Positions 21,281 through 30,242 of a DNA stretch of 64,000 bases are shown piece after piece; positions within the stretch are counted from its first letter, which is position 1, and every line of letters begins with the position of its first letter. Origin of the DNA: an uncultured bacterium (GTDB taxonomy: Bacteria > Krumholzibacteriota > Krumholzibacteriia > Krumholzibacteriales > Krumholzibacteriaceae). A program made the translations under genes and the position numbers. Under the pieces are notes generated by a model. The model had not been told where the DNA came from. It was given only the letters and a program-made list of their open reading frames with translations, and searched no databases. The stretch is taken from assembly GCA_963813815.1 (NCBI GenBank), contig CAWFAD010000007.1, positions 160,001 through 224,000 on the forward strand, given 5' to 3'.

Positions 21281-23161
21281 ATGGCTCTCGATGCGAACAC
21301 CAAACTCGTTGATATAACAGAATTTATCAATAAAAATCGTGGTTCGATATCCGTCTGTATGATCGCGCGGGACGAGGAGGCCCATATCGGCGAGGCGCTC
21401 GCCAGTGTCAAGGATCTGGCCGATGAGATGATCGTTGTCGATACAGGCTCGACCGACCTCACCGCGTCCGAGGCGAGACGCCTCGGGGCTCGCGTCATCG
21501 CGGCGCCGTGGACGAACGATTTCAGCGCGGCGCGCAACATCGCCCTCTCGAGAGCCCGGTGCCGGTGGATTCTCGTTCTCGACGCCGACGAATGCATCTC
21601 GGCGGCCGATCACGAGAGGATCCGCGAGCTCGTGCGCGAGGAGACGCCCTGTGCATATCTCCTCGAGCAGCGAACGTACCTTCGCGCGGACGACGGCTTC
21701 GCCTGCGTTCCCGGCCCCGGCGACGGGATGAGCCGCGGCGCGGCGGCCTATTTCACCGACCGGCAGGTTCGGCTCTTCGGAAACAAGCGCTTCATCCGCT
21801 ACGCCTGCGAGATTCACGAGAACCTCGACGAGTCGCTCCTCTCGGCGGGCGTCCCCGTGCGAGAGAGCGGCGTCGCCATCCACCACTACGGCAGGCTTCG
21901 CGACGACGGCCGGGTATCCCGCAAGGCGGCCCTCTGGCGCGAGCTCGGGCGCGAGGCGCTCGACGCCTACCCGGCGCATCCGCGGTATCTGTATGAGCTC
22001 GCCGCCCAGTTTCTCGCGTACGGGGATCTCGATGCCGCCGTCCGGCACGCCGAGATGGCCCTCGCGTCCGAGGCGGGCAGCTGGCAGCTCTGGAACACGA
22101 TGGGGCTCGCGCGCCTTCGTAAGGGGGAACGCGAGCGGGCCGTATCCTGCTTCAGAAGGGCTCTCCGCTGCGCCGGCGAAAACGCCGAGGTCTGCAACAA
22201 CATGGGCGCCGCTCTTCTGGAGAGCGGCGAGAGCGCCGAGGCCTTGCTGTGGTTCGAGCGCGCCGCCGCTCTCGAGGGAGACAACCCGGACATCCTCCGG
22301 AACGCCGCCGCCGCGTCCGTTCTCGCCGGGGAGATCGATGGCGCCGGGGATTTCATCGAGCGGTCGCTCGCGATCGATCCGTTCGCGGCCCACTCGCACG
22401 CGATCCAGGCGGATATTCTGCTTCGGACCGGCGACGCCGACGGCGCCGCGCGCGTTCTCGCGGGCATGCGCTTTCTGCCGGACACGCCGTTCAAGGTCTA
22501 CCTCAAGGCGATCCAGCTCTCGATCCGCATGAAACGGATCGAAGAGGCTGACGCCATGGCCGGGAGGGCGGTCGAGGCGTTTCCGGGGCGCGACGACCTG
22601 CTCTACCTTTCCGGAAAGATAGCCGAGCTCGGGGGGGACGACGAGCGCGCCGTCTCGATGTACCGGCGCGCGCTCGCGGCTCGATCCGATCACGCCGAAG
22701 CGCTCTCGAGCCTCGGATGTATCTTCGACCGGCAGGCGCGGTTCACCGAGGCGCTCTCGGTGTTCCGGGAGGCGCTGCGGCACAAACCGTCGGACACGCA
22801 GATCGAGGTCAACCTCGGCATCGTCTTCGACAAGCTGGGGCACGCCGACGAGGCGGAACGATGTTTCGCGCGCGCGATGGAGAGCGGCGAGCGGTCCGGC
22901 TTCGCCTACAACGCCCTCGGCTGCCACCATGCGCGTCTCAGCCGCTTCGACGAGGCCTTCGCCTGCTTCGCCAAGGCGGTCGAGATCGAGGAGAATCCCC
23001 TCTATTACCAGAATCTCGGGCTCGCCTGCGAGCGGATGCGCCGGTACGACGAGGCCGCCGAGGCGTACGAGAAGATGGCCCTCATCGACGGACAGGGCGC
23101 CTCGTTCGCCCGCGAGCGCCTCGCGTGGCTTCGCTCGGCCGGCGCCGCGTCGGCGCGCTGA
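21281..23161 (+). CDS. Family 2 glycosyltransferase with TPR repeats
   Basis: ISVCMIARDEE, VDTGSTD, DFSAARN, LDADE, HYG, followed by many TPR helices. Confidence 0.9.
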   Translation: MALDANTKLVDITEFINKNRGSISVCMIARDEEAHIGEALASVKDLADEMIVVDTGSTDLTASEARRLGARVIAAPWTNDFSAARNIALSRARCRWILVLDADECISAADHERIRELVREETPCAYLLEQRTYLRADDGFACVPGPGDGMSRGAAAYFTDRQVRLFGNKRFIRYACEIHENLDESLLSAGVPVRESGVAIHHYGRLRDDGRVSRKAALWRELGREALDAYPAHPRYLYELAAQFLAYGDLDAAVRHAEMALASEAGSWQLWNTMGLARLRKGERERAVSCFRRALRCAGENAEVCNNMGAALLESGESAEALLWFERAAALEGDNPDILRNAAAASVLAGEIDGAGDFIERSLAIDPFAAHSHAIQADILLRTGDADGAARVLAGMRFLPDTPFKVYLKAIQLSIRMKRIEEADAMAGRAVEAFPGRDDLLYLSGKIAELGGDDERAVSMYRRALAARSDHAEALSSLGCIFDRQARFTEALSVFREALRHKPSDTQIEVNLGIVFDKLGHADEAERCFARAMESGERSGFAYNALGCHHARLSRFDEAFACFAKAVEIEENPLYYQNLGLACERMRRYDEAAEAYEKMALIDGQGASFARERLAWLRSAGAASAR

Positions 23162-23202
23162 ACCCGCGACGGCGGTGTGCTTCTTACCCCCGAAAATTCG
23201 CT

Positions 23203-23231
23203 TTGACAGCGTATGCGACGAGCCGTACGCT
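23203..23231 (+). promoter_or_regulatory. Putative sigma70 promoter
   Basis: TTGACA-N17-TACGCT upstream of the SAM hydrolase gene. Confidence 0.6.
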
Positions 23232-23308
23232 CGCGAGTCGGGTGGGGGGATCGCGCCGCCCGACGGCCGTTCGCGGGCCGGGGCGCGCGCTCCTCGAAGG
23301 AGCGGCCA

Positions 23309-24127
23309 GTGAAGAGGACGATAGCGCTTCTCACCGATTTCAGCTGGCACAACTGGTACGTCGGCGTCATGAAGGGCGTCATCGCGGGTATCAATCCGGA
23401 TGCGAACGTCGTCGATTTGTGCCACAACATCTCGGGCCAGGACGTGCGCGAGGGGAGCTTTATTCTCGGGAACAGCTTCACGTATTTTCCGCGCGGCACC
23501 GTCTTCGTGGCGGTGGTCGACCCGGGTGTGGGGAGCGATCGCCGGAACATCGTCGTCAAGACCACGGAGCATTTCTTCGTCGCCCCCGACAACGGCATCG
23601 TGAGCTCGATATTCGAAAAGGCCTCGGTCGAGCGGGTCTTTCAGGTGTTCCCCGGAAAGTACACGCTGGGGGTGGTCGGGGCGACGTTCCACGGGCGCGA
23701 CGTTTTCGCCCCCCTTGCCGCGCATCTCTCCCTCGGCGTGGCTCCCGAGGAAATGGGCGAGGAGATCAAATCGGTGTGCACGGTGCCGGCGATCCGGCCG
23801 GCGATGAACGAGCGGGGCGAGCTCCTCGGACGCGCCGTGTACGTCGATCCTTTCGGCAACATCATAACCAACGTCGATGAGGAGTGTCTGAAGAGAGTGT
23901 TCCCCGGCGAGCCGCCGCGCGACGATCTCATCGTCCATCTGTCCGGCCGGACGATCCGGGGCATTCGCCGGTACTACGAGCAGGGTCAGCAAGGATATCT
24001 CATGGCGCTCATCAACAGCTGGGGATACCTCGAGATCGCCGTGAACCGCGGAAACGCGTTTCAGCATCTCGGGCTCCTGGACAAGAAATCGCTCGAAATA
24101 CTCATCTCGATCGGTTCGAAGCCGTAG
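23309..24127 (+). CDS. SAM hydrolase / SAM-dependent halogenase family (DUF62)
   Basis: LLTDF, VVDPGVGS.R, APDNG, TFHGRDVFAP, VDPFGN, LEIAVN. Confidence 0.93.
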   Translation: MKRTIALLTDFSWHNWYVGVMKGVIAGINPDANVVDLCHNISGQDVREGSFILGNSFTYFPRGTVFVAVVDPGVGSDRRNIVVKTTEHFFVAPDNGIVSSIFEKASVERVFQVFPGKYTLGVVGATFHGRDVFAPLAAHLSLGVAPEEMGEEIKSVCTVPAIRPAMNERGELLGRAVYVDPFGNIITNVDEECLKRVFPGEPPRDDLIVHLSGRTIRGIRRYYEQGQQGYLMALINSWGYLEIAVNRGNAFQHLGLLDKKSLEILISIGSKP

Positions 24128-24245
24128 AGCGGCGCCGCACGGGTCGAAACCTCGGTCGGTCTCCTCGAAATCATCCTTGAATCCTGAATCCCGGTGTGTA
24201 GAATGCGGAGGGTCATTCGATTTCATGCCGCCGCGGAGAGGAAGC

Positions 24246-24692
24246 ATGAGGAAACGGGCGTTTCTCGTCGGCGTTGCCGCGCTCGCCGTCGCGTCGGGGC
24301 GGGACGCCGGAGCCCATCGCGTCGAATCGGCGCGGCGCTGGGGTTTCCCCGCGGCGGGGACCGACACTCTCGTCGTGAAAAACGAGAGCGGAAACATCGC
24401 CTATGAGCGGTGGGAGCGCGACTCGATCGACGTCGAGGCGTCGCTTCGCGTCAAGGCCCCGGGCGCGTCGTCGGCCCGCGCGCTTCATGACGCCGTGGTC
24501 TTCCGCTTGGAGGAGCGCGGCGGCACCGTCGCGCTCCGGGCCGATACGCCCCGCGCGCGGCATGTCTCCTTCGGCATCGGAGGAGGGGATATCACCGCGA
24601 TCCGGATCCGCTACCGGATCCGGGTTCCCGGGCGAATCGTCCTTCGTCTGTCCACGGTGAACGGAAAGATCGAGGATCGGTCGAATAGATGA
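24246..24692 (+). CDS. Short exported DUF4097-like (beta-strand repeat) protein
   Basis: Signal-like N-terminus, NESGNI, YRIRVP, STVNGKI. Confidence 0.55.
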   Translation: MRKRAFLVGVAALAVASGRDAGAHRVESARRWGFPAAGTDTLVVKNESGNIAYERWERDSIDVEASLRVKAPGASSARALHDAVVFRLEERGGTVALRADTPRARHVSFGIGGGDITAIRIRYRIRVPGRIVLRLSTVNGKIEDRSNR

Positions 24693-24714
24693 CGGCCGCC
24701 GTTGGTACTACCCT

Positions 24715-25305
24715 ATGACGCAGCCATACGCGGGCGACGACATTCCGAGAGACGTGCTCGCCGCCTGGATCGGCGGGAGCGAAAGCGCGTTCGCCGTGAT
24801 CGTAAAGGCCACGATGAGAAGGGCCTACGCGGTCGCTCTCGGCTTCCTCGGGAACGCCGAGGACGCGAGGGACCTGTCGCAGGAGGCGTATGTCGCGGCG
24901 CACGCCGCCCGAAGCAGGTTCGACGTCGAGCGGCCGTTCTTTCCGTGGTTCTATCGCATCCTGCGGAATCGCTGCCTCAATGCGCTCGAAAAGCGCGCCC
25001 GCCGTCCCGAGGTGTCTCTCGACGTCGTGGCCGAACGGAACGATCCGGGATGCGGGCCCGAACGGACCCGCGAGCGGAGGGAGACGGCCGAGCTCGTCTG
25101 GAAGGGGCTTTTCGCCATCGCTCCGGAGCATCGCGAAATCATCGTGCTCCGGTCCTTTCAGGAGCTCTCGTACCGCGAGATCGCCGGCACGCTCGATATC
25201 CCGGAGGGAACGGTGATGTCGAGACTCTTCTACGCGCGGCGGGCGCTCCGCGAGGCGCTCGAGGCGCTTCCGGGGATCGACGCCCTGAAGGAGGACGCAT
25301 CATGA
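24715..25305 (+). CDS. ECF sigma-70 factor
   Basis: DARDLSQE, WFYRILRN.C, LSYREIA...PEGTVMSRL. Confidence 0.95.
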   Translation: MTQPYAGDDIPRDVLAAWIGGSESAFAVIVKATMRRAYAVALGFLGNAEDARDLSQEAYVAAHAARSRFDVERPFFPWFYRILRNRCLNALEKRARRPEVSLDVVAERNDPGCGPERTRERRETAELVWKGLFAIAPEHREIIVLRSFQELSYREIAGTLDIPEGTVMSRLFYARRALREALEALPGIDALKEDAS

Positions 25306-25739
25306 CGCTGTGCCCGCGTTTCGACGGCGACGGCATGCGGTACATCGATAACGAGATGAGCGGCGACGAGCGCGCCGCGTTCGAGCGGCACTGCGCCGAA
25401 TGCGACTCGTGCCGCCGCGAGCTCGCCTCGTTCACGAAGCTCGACGCATTGACGGGGAGGGTGAAGATGGTCGATCCCACCGATGCATTCTGGGAACGCT
25501 ACTGGCGGAGCGTCTACCGGCGAGTGGAACGCAAGACGGCCTGGGTGCTCATGCTTTCCGGCGCCGTCATGATCGCCGTGTTCGCCGTTCAGCAGGCGGT
25601 GAGGTCGCTTCGCTGGATCACGTTCGAAAAGATCGCCGTGCTCCTCTTCGCGGCGGGATTCGTGCTCCTGCTCGTCTCCCTCATCCGCGAGCGGTGCCAT
25701 CAGTACAAATCCGATCCGTACCGGGACGTGAAACGCTGA
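25302..25739 (+). CDS. zf-HC2 anti-sigma factor with two TM helices
   Basis: HCAECDSC (HxxxCxxC), two hydrophobic segments; ATGA overlap with sigma gene. Confidence 0.88.
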   Translation: MTLCPRFDGDGMRYIDNEMSGDERAAFERHCAECDSCRRELASFTKLDALTGRVKMVDPTDAFWERYWRSVYRRVERKTAWVLMLSGAVMIAVFAVQQAVRSLRWITFEKIAVLLFAAGFVLLLVSLIRERCHQYKSDPYRDVKR

Positions 25740-25769
25740 CATCGAATTCGGCGGAAAGGCGGACTGTCG

Positions 25770-26093
25770 ATGATCGTTACTACATGCGAGACCCTGCCGG
25801 GCAAGCGGATCGTCAGGGTGATCGGTCTCGCGAAGGGCAATACGATCCGGGCGCGGAACTTCGGGCGCGACTTCGTGGCGGCGCTGCGAAACGTCGTCGG
25901 CGGCGAGATCGTCGAATATACGAAGCTCCTGGCCGAGTCGCGCGAGCAGGCGCTCGATCGCATGATCTCACACGCCGAGGGGCTCGGGGCCAACGCCGTC
26001 GTCGGCATGCGGTTCTCGACGGCGCAGGTGATGGAGCACGCGGCGGAGCTCCTCGCGTATGGAACGGCGGTCGTCGTGGAGGACGAGCGGTGA
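25770..26093 (+). CDS. YbjQ/UPF0145 family protein
   Basis: GGEI..YT.LL..SRE.A, GANAVVGMRF, AYGTAV. Confidence 0.93.
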   Translation: MIVTTCETLPGKRIVRVIGLAKGNTIRARNFGRDFVAALRNVVGGEIVEYTKLLAESREQALDRMISHAEGLGANAVVGMRFSTAQVMEHAAELLAYGTAVVVEDER

Positions 26094-26935
26094 GGCTCGG
26101 ACCGTTCGAGGCGCGCGCGATCGAGACGGGAGCGTTCCGTCTCGACGGCGGGGCGATGTTCGGGGTCGTGCCGAAGGTGCTCTGGAGCCGAACGAACCCG
26201 GCGGACGAAAACAACAGAATCAAGATGGCGATGCGCCTCCTCTACCTCGAGGGCGCCGGCCGCCGGCTCGTCGTCGACGGCGGCGCCGGCACGAACCTCG
26301 GCGGGAAAATGGAGCGAAACTACGAGATCGAGACGGCGGGGCTTCGCGCCGCCCTCGAGGCTGCCTCCGTCGATCCCCTCGCGGTGACTGACGCCGTGGC
26401 GACGCACCTGCATTTCGACCACGCGGGGGGCTACTGCTACCGCGACGGAGATGCGATCCGGCTCTCCCTGCCGAACGCCGTCCATCACGTGCAGCGGCGG
26501 CAATGGGAGGCGGCGCTTCGGCCGAACGAAAAGGATCGCGCGAGCTTCTTCATGGAGTATCTGCTGCCGATCGAGAAGGCGGGATTGCTCGATCTCGTCG
26601 ACGGCGAACGGGAAATATTCCCCGGAGTCGCTCTGCTGCCGGCCGAAGGACACACGCCGGGGCATCAGGTCGTGCTCGTGTCGACGGACTCCGGAACGCT
26701 TCTCTACTGCGGGGATCTCATTCCGCTCGCCTCCCACGTGAACCTTCCGTACATCATGGCCTACGATCATTTTCCGCTGCGCACGCTCGAGGAGAAGAAA
26801 CGCCTCCTCGGCCGCGCGGCGGACGAGGGCTGGACACTCTTCTTCGAACACGATCCCGAGATCGCCGCCGCGACGGTCCGCCGAAGCGGCGCGGACGGCT
26901 TCGCGCTCGACGAGATCGTGAATCTCTCGGATTGA
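26090..26935 (+). CDS. MBL-fold hydrolase (YtnP-like)
   Basis: LDGGAMFGVVPK, THLHFDHAGG, GHTPGHQ, FFEHD; GTGA overlap. Confidence 0.92.
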   Translation: MRLGPFEARAIETGAFRLDGGAMFGVVPKVLWSRTNPADENNRIKMAMRLLYLEGAGRRLVVDGGAGTNLGGKMERNYEIETAGLRAALEAASVDPLAVTDAVATHLHFDHAGGYCYRDGDAIRLSLPNAVHHVQRRQWEAALRPNEKDRASFFMEYLLPIEKAGLLDLVDGEREIFPGVALLPAEGHTPGHQVVLVSTDSGTLLYCGDLIPLASHVNLPYIMAYDHFPLRTLEEKKRLLGRAADEGWTLFFEHDPEIAAATVRRSGADGFALDEIVNLSD

Positions 26936-26943
26936 CGCGACGT

Positions 26944-27520
26944 ATGCTGAATGACGCCGATCTCATGAAGCGGACGGCCGCCGGCGACGAGGACGCCTTT
27001 CGCGCTCTCGTCGAGCGCCACGGCAGGAGCGCGCATACCTTCTTTCTCCGTCTCGTGCGCAGCGTCGAGGACGCCGAGGATCTGACGCAAGAGCTGTTTC
27101 TCGCCCTCTATCGGGCGGCGGGCCGCTACCGCCCCGAAGCTCCGTTCACCTCGTACCTCTATCGCATCGCCTCCAACCTCGCGGCGAGCCACCTGCGCCG
27201 GCGTGCGGCGCGCCCCGCGCAGTCCCTCGACGAGCTCGCCGAGAGCGGCTTCGAGACGGCGACGAGCCGGCACGACGACCACCCCGAGCAATCGTTCGAG
27301 GAGCGGGAGATGCGGCGGCGGTACGAGGGGGCCCTCGCGCGGCTCCCGGCCGATTGGCGCATCGCGCTCGAGCTCCGCGTGCGGGCGGGAGCTCTCGTAC
27401 GGCGAAATCGCCGCCGCGATGGGCAAGAGCGTCCCCGCCGTCGAGTCGATCCTCGTGCGCGCGCGCGAGCGTATCGCGGAAGAGATGAGGGAAGGCGGCT
27501 GGAAACGCGAAGACGGTTAG
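26944..27520 (+). pseudogene. ECF sigma-70 factor, frameshifted near 27382
   Basis: Region 2 (AEDLTQE, YLYRIASN) in one frame; region 4 (ELSYGEIAAAMGKSVPAVESILVRAR) in the +1 frame. Confidence 0.85.
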
Positions 27521-27610
27521 CGGGGGGGAGGGGAAACGGCGCGGAGGAGAATATGAGGCGCAGGTTTTTTCCTTCGGCCGCGTTCTAACATAGTGACAGG
27601 AGGAACCCGA

Positions 27611-28063
27611 ATGGATTGCCGGAAGTGGAGAGCACTCGTATCCCGCGAGCTCGACGGCGAGCTCGACGGCGCCGACCGCGGCGGGCTCGAGCGGCACGTC
27701 GAGCGCTGCGCCCGCTGCGCGGCCTTTCGCGAGCTCATCCGCGAGGCGGCGTCGATTCACCGGTCGGGTCCCGAAAGGGATCCGAGCCCTCGGCTCGTCG
27801 CTTCCATCCTCGCCGAGGCCGGAGCGGCCCGGAGATCCCCGCGGATCGGCGGGTGGCTCCGGTTCGCGGTGCCCGCCGCGGCCGCGGCCGTATTTGTCTT
27901 GGGTTTCTGGGTCGGCAGCCTCATGCACGAGCGCTTCGGCGGAGAAGGCGTTTCCACGGTGGCGAGCGGCGCCATGGGACTCGATCTCGAGTATCTCGGC
28001 GACAGCCCGCCCGGATCGTTCGGCAATATCGTCACGGTTTCCTACGAGGGAGGGGAAGAATGA
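27611..28063 (+). CDS. zf-HC2 anti-sigma factor with one TM helix
   Basis: MDC...LDGEL...HVERCARC; single TM. Confidence 0.88.
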   Translation: MDCRKWRALVSRELDGELDGADRGGLERHVERCARCAAFRELIREAASIHRSGPERDPSPRLVASILAEAGAARRSPRIGGWLRFAVPAAAAAVFVLGFWVGSLMHERFGGEGVSTVASGAMGLDLEYLGDSPPGSFGNIVTVSYEGGEE

Positions 28064-28593
28064 AGCGGGATGCGGTCAAAATCGCGCTCGTCGTTTCCCT
28101 CGTGTTCAACGCCGCCGTCATCGGCGCGTTCGCGTACGGTCTCGCGAGAAAGCCGTCGCCTCAGGGGTTCTGTCCGGAAGCGGGCCGCGCGCGCTCGGAG
28201 CCTTTCGAGTGGCACGGCAAGCGGATCGCCCGCCGCATCGGCGTGCCCGACGAGCGGACGATGCGGTTCATCGGGGTCATGTCGGACAGCTCCGGCGAGA
28301 CGGCGGAGATCCGCGGAGCCCTGCAGCGTTCGCGCGCGGATCTCATCGCGCTCATCGAGGCGAACGAGCCGGACGAGGCGGCGATCATGGCGAAAGTCGA
28401 CGAGATTTCGCGGCTCCAGGGAGATTTCGAGAAGCGGGTCGTCGCACGGCTCCTCGGCGCGAGGGACGTCCTCACGCCCGAGGAGCGCGCACGGTTCATG
28501 CGCCTCATCCGGCACGAGTGCATGATGCGCGACGCCGGCGTGCCTCTCACACCCGCCGGACAACGGAAAGAAAGCGAGGTTCCGAGATGGTAA
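28060..28593 (+). CDS. Periplasmic heavy-metal-sensor / Spy-CpxP-ZraP-like protein
   Basis: LVVSLVFN anchor, PDEAAI, VLTPEER (LTxxQ-like). Confidence 0.8.
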   Translation: MKRDAVKIALVVSLVFNAAVIGAFAYGLARKPSPQGFCPEAGRARSEPFEWHGKRIARRIGVPDERTMRFIGVMSDSSGETAEIRGALQRSRADLIALIEANEPDEAAIMAKVDEISRLQGDFEKRVVARLLGARDVLTPEERARFMRLIRHECMMRDAGVPLTPAGQRKESEVPRW

Positions 28594-29429
28594 AACGTAT
28601 CACGGTCGTGCTGGCGCTCGCGGCGCTCATGACAACGGCCTCCGCCACGCTCTCCGCTCAGGAGAAGGAAGTAAAGGTCGTCGTGACGGCCGGGGAAGGC
28701 GGGCCGTCGGCGTGCGCGGCGGCGAAAGAGCTCACTCCCGAGCAAATGGAGAAGGTCGAGAAGCTCCGCGAGGAGCATCGGCTTCGCGCCGTCGAGCTTC
28801 GCGCCGATCTCACGAAGCTGGGCGTCGAGCTCAAGCGCGAGACGGACAAGCCCGAGCCGAACATGGGCGCCGTCGAGGCGACTCTGAAGAAGATGTCCTC
28901 CGTCAGGGAACGGATCCAGATGAGCCGCATCGAGCACCGGCTCGCCATGCGGAAGCTCCTCGGGGACGATTGCATGGCGCACATGCGGCGGGGATTCGGC
29001 GATCGCGATATGACGTGGATCGAGGCCGAGGCCGAGGAGGGGGACGAGCCCGGCGAGCGGGAAGTTCGCATCATGCGTTTCAAGGATCGCGACGGCGCCG
29101 GGATGCCTCCGGGATGCGGGGGCGGGCGCCTCGATCGTATGAAAGCGCGCGGTCGCGAGATGAAGGCGGGATGCGATCCGGGATCCTGCGGCATGATGAT
29201 GCACCGGGAGGGATCGGCGCCGGGCGCCTGCTGCGCGCCGCGCGAGGGGCACATCTGCACGATGCGCCGCGCCGGCCGGGACCGCTCGTGCGACGGTTCG
29301 TGCTCGATGCACAAAGGAAACTGGGAATCGCGCATGTTCCGCCCCCGGGGCAAGAGGACCGCGCACCGGTGCTCGGAAGATTGCAGGATCATGGAATGGA
29401 AGGAGCGTATGCCCGCGGAGCGCCGGTAG
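28587..29429 (+). CDS. Spy/CpxP-like periplasmic protein with Cys/Met/His-rich tail
   Basis: Signal peptide, ELTPEQ motif, helical core, C-terminal tail with 11 Cys. Confidence 0.75.
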   Translation: MVKRITVVLALAALMTTASATLSAQEKEVKVVVTAGEGGPSACAAAKELTPEQMEKVEKLREEHRLRAVELRADLTKLGVELKRETDKPEPNMGAVEATLKKMSSVRERIQMSRIEHRLAMRKLLGDDCMAHMRRGFGDRDMTWIEAEAEEGDEPGEREVRIMRFKDRDGAGMPPGCGGGRLDRMKARGREMKAGCDPGSCGMMMHREGSAPGACCAPREGHICTMRRAGRDRSCDGSCSMHKGNWESRMFRPRGKRTAHRCSEDCRIMEWKERMPAERR

Positions 29430-29498
29430 GCGACCCGGCGTCCGCTCGAAAGAGGCTCCCGTCGCTCCGTGGGCACGGAGCGGCGAACCCACCGAACA

Positions 29499-29529
29499 GG
29501 CGGGGCGCTTCGGCGCCCCGCCCCTTTTT
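29499..29529 (+). terminator. Intrinsic terminator
   Basis: GGCGGGGCGC-TTCG-GCGCCCCGCC hairpin followed by CCTTTTT. Confidence 0.85.
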
Positions 29530-29534
29530 CGCGG

Positions 29535-30215
29535 TCAGTTGATGCGGATCGAGGTCATGAGCGAGAAGAAAACGCCGCTGTAATCGACCTCGATGGGGAA
29601 GCCGGGCTCGAAGTAGCCGCGCTCTCCGTACAGGTCGCTCAACGTTTCGACTTTGAGCCCCCGGTAGCCGATCTGGAGACCGACCTCGATCGGATTGAGG
29701 AAATTCGTGCGTATCTCGGCGTACGCCTCGTAGCCGGCATCCTCGCCGTCGTACTCGGCGAGCCGGCGGCCGGTGATTTCGTTCGTGCCGTACGTGACGT
29801 CGACCCAGCAGCGGTTCACGCCGACGCCGAGATCGATCGCGTTCTCGAATCGGAAGAGGGCGGCGACGAGGCCGAGCGTGTAGACGTCGGCCGGCGCGAG
29901 GTAGGTTATGGAGGATGTGGCCTCGAGGGTTTCCGTTTCCGCCCAGAGGTGCTCGTATCCGCCGACGAGGGCCGCGATCCGTCCGTACCAGATCCTGCCC
30001 TCGGCGCGGAAATTGATGCCGTTATTGAGTGGATCGATGGTTATGGCGTTTTCCTGCGCGACGATCCCGATATGCTCGTTGAGCGCGCCCATCGAATAGT
30101 AGCCGAGACCTATGCCGCCGCCGGCGGAGATTCCGAGCGGAAAAGCAGCGGCGCCCCCTCCCGCGGCAGCGACGACCGCCGCCATGACGATGAACAGCCG
30201 AGCGGCGTTCCTCAT
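29535..30215 (-). CDS. Putative outer-membrane beta-barrel protein
   Basis: Signal peptide, amphipathic strands, C-terminal VDYSGVFFSL pattern. Confidence 0.6.
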   Translation of the reverse strand: MRNAARLFIVMAAVVAAAGGGAAAFPLGISAGGGIGLGYYSMGALNEHIGIVAQENAITIDPLNNGINFRAEGRIWYGRIAALVGGYEHLWAETETLEATSSITYLAPADVYTLGLVAALFRFENAIDLGVGVNRCWVDVTYGTNEITGRRLAEYDGEDAGYEAYAEIRTNFLNPIEVGLQIGYRGLKVETLSDLYGERGYFEPGFPIEVDYSGVFFSLMTSIRIN

Positions 30216-30242
30216 GTCTCCTCCCTGTCCCGTCCCGCGATC

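Noticed and set aside
23309..24127. Fluorinase/chlorinase biosynthetic cluster
   Set aside because: Motifs fit the common DUF62 SAM hydrolase and no secondary-metabolite genes are adjacent
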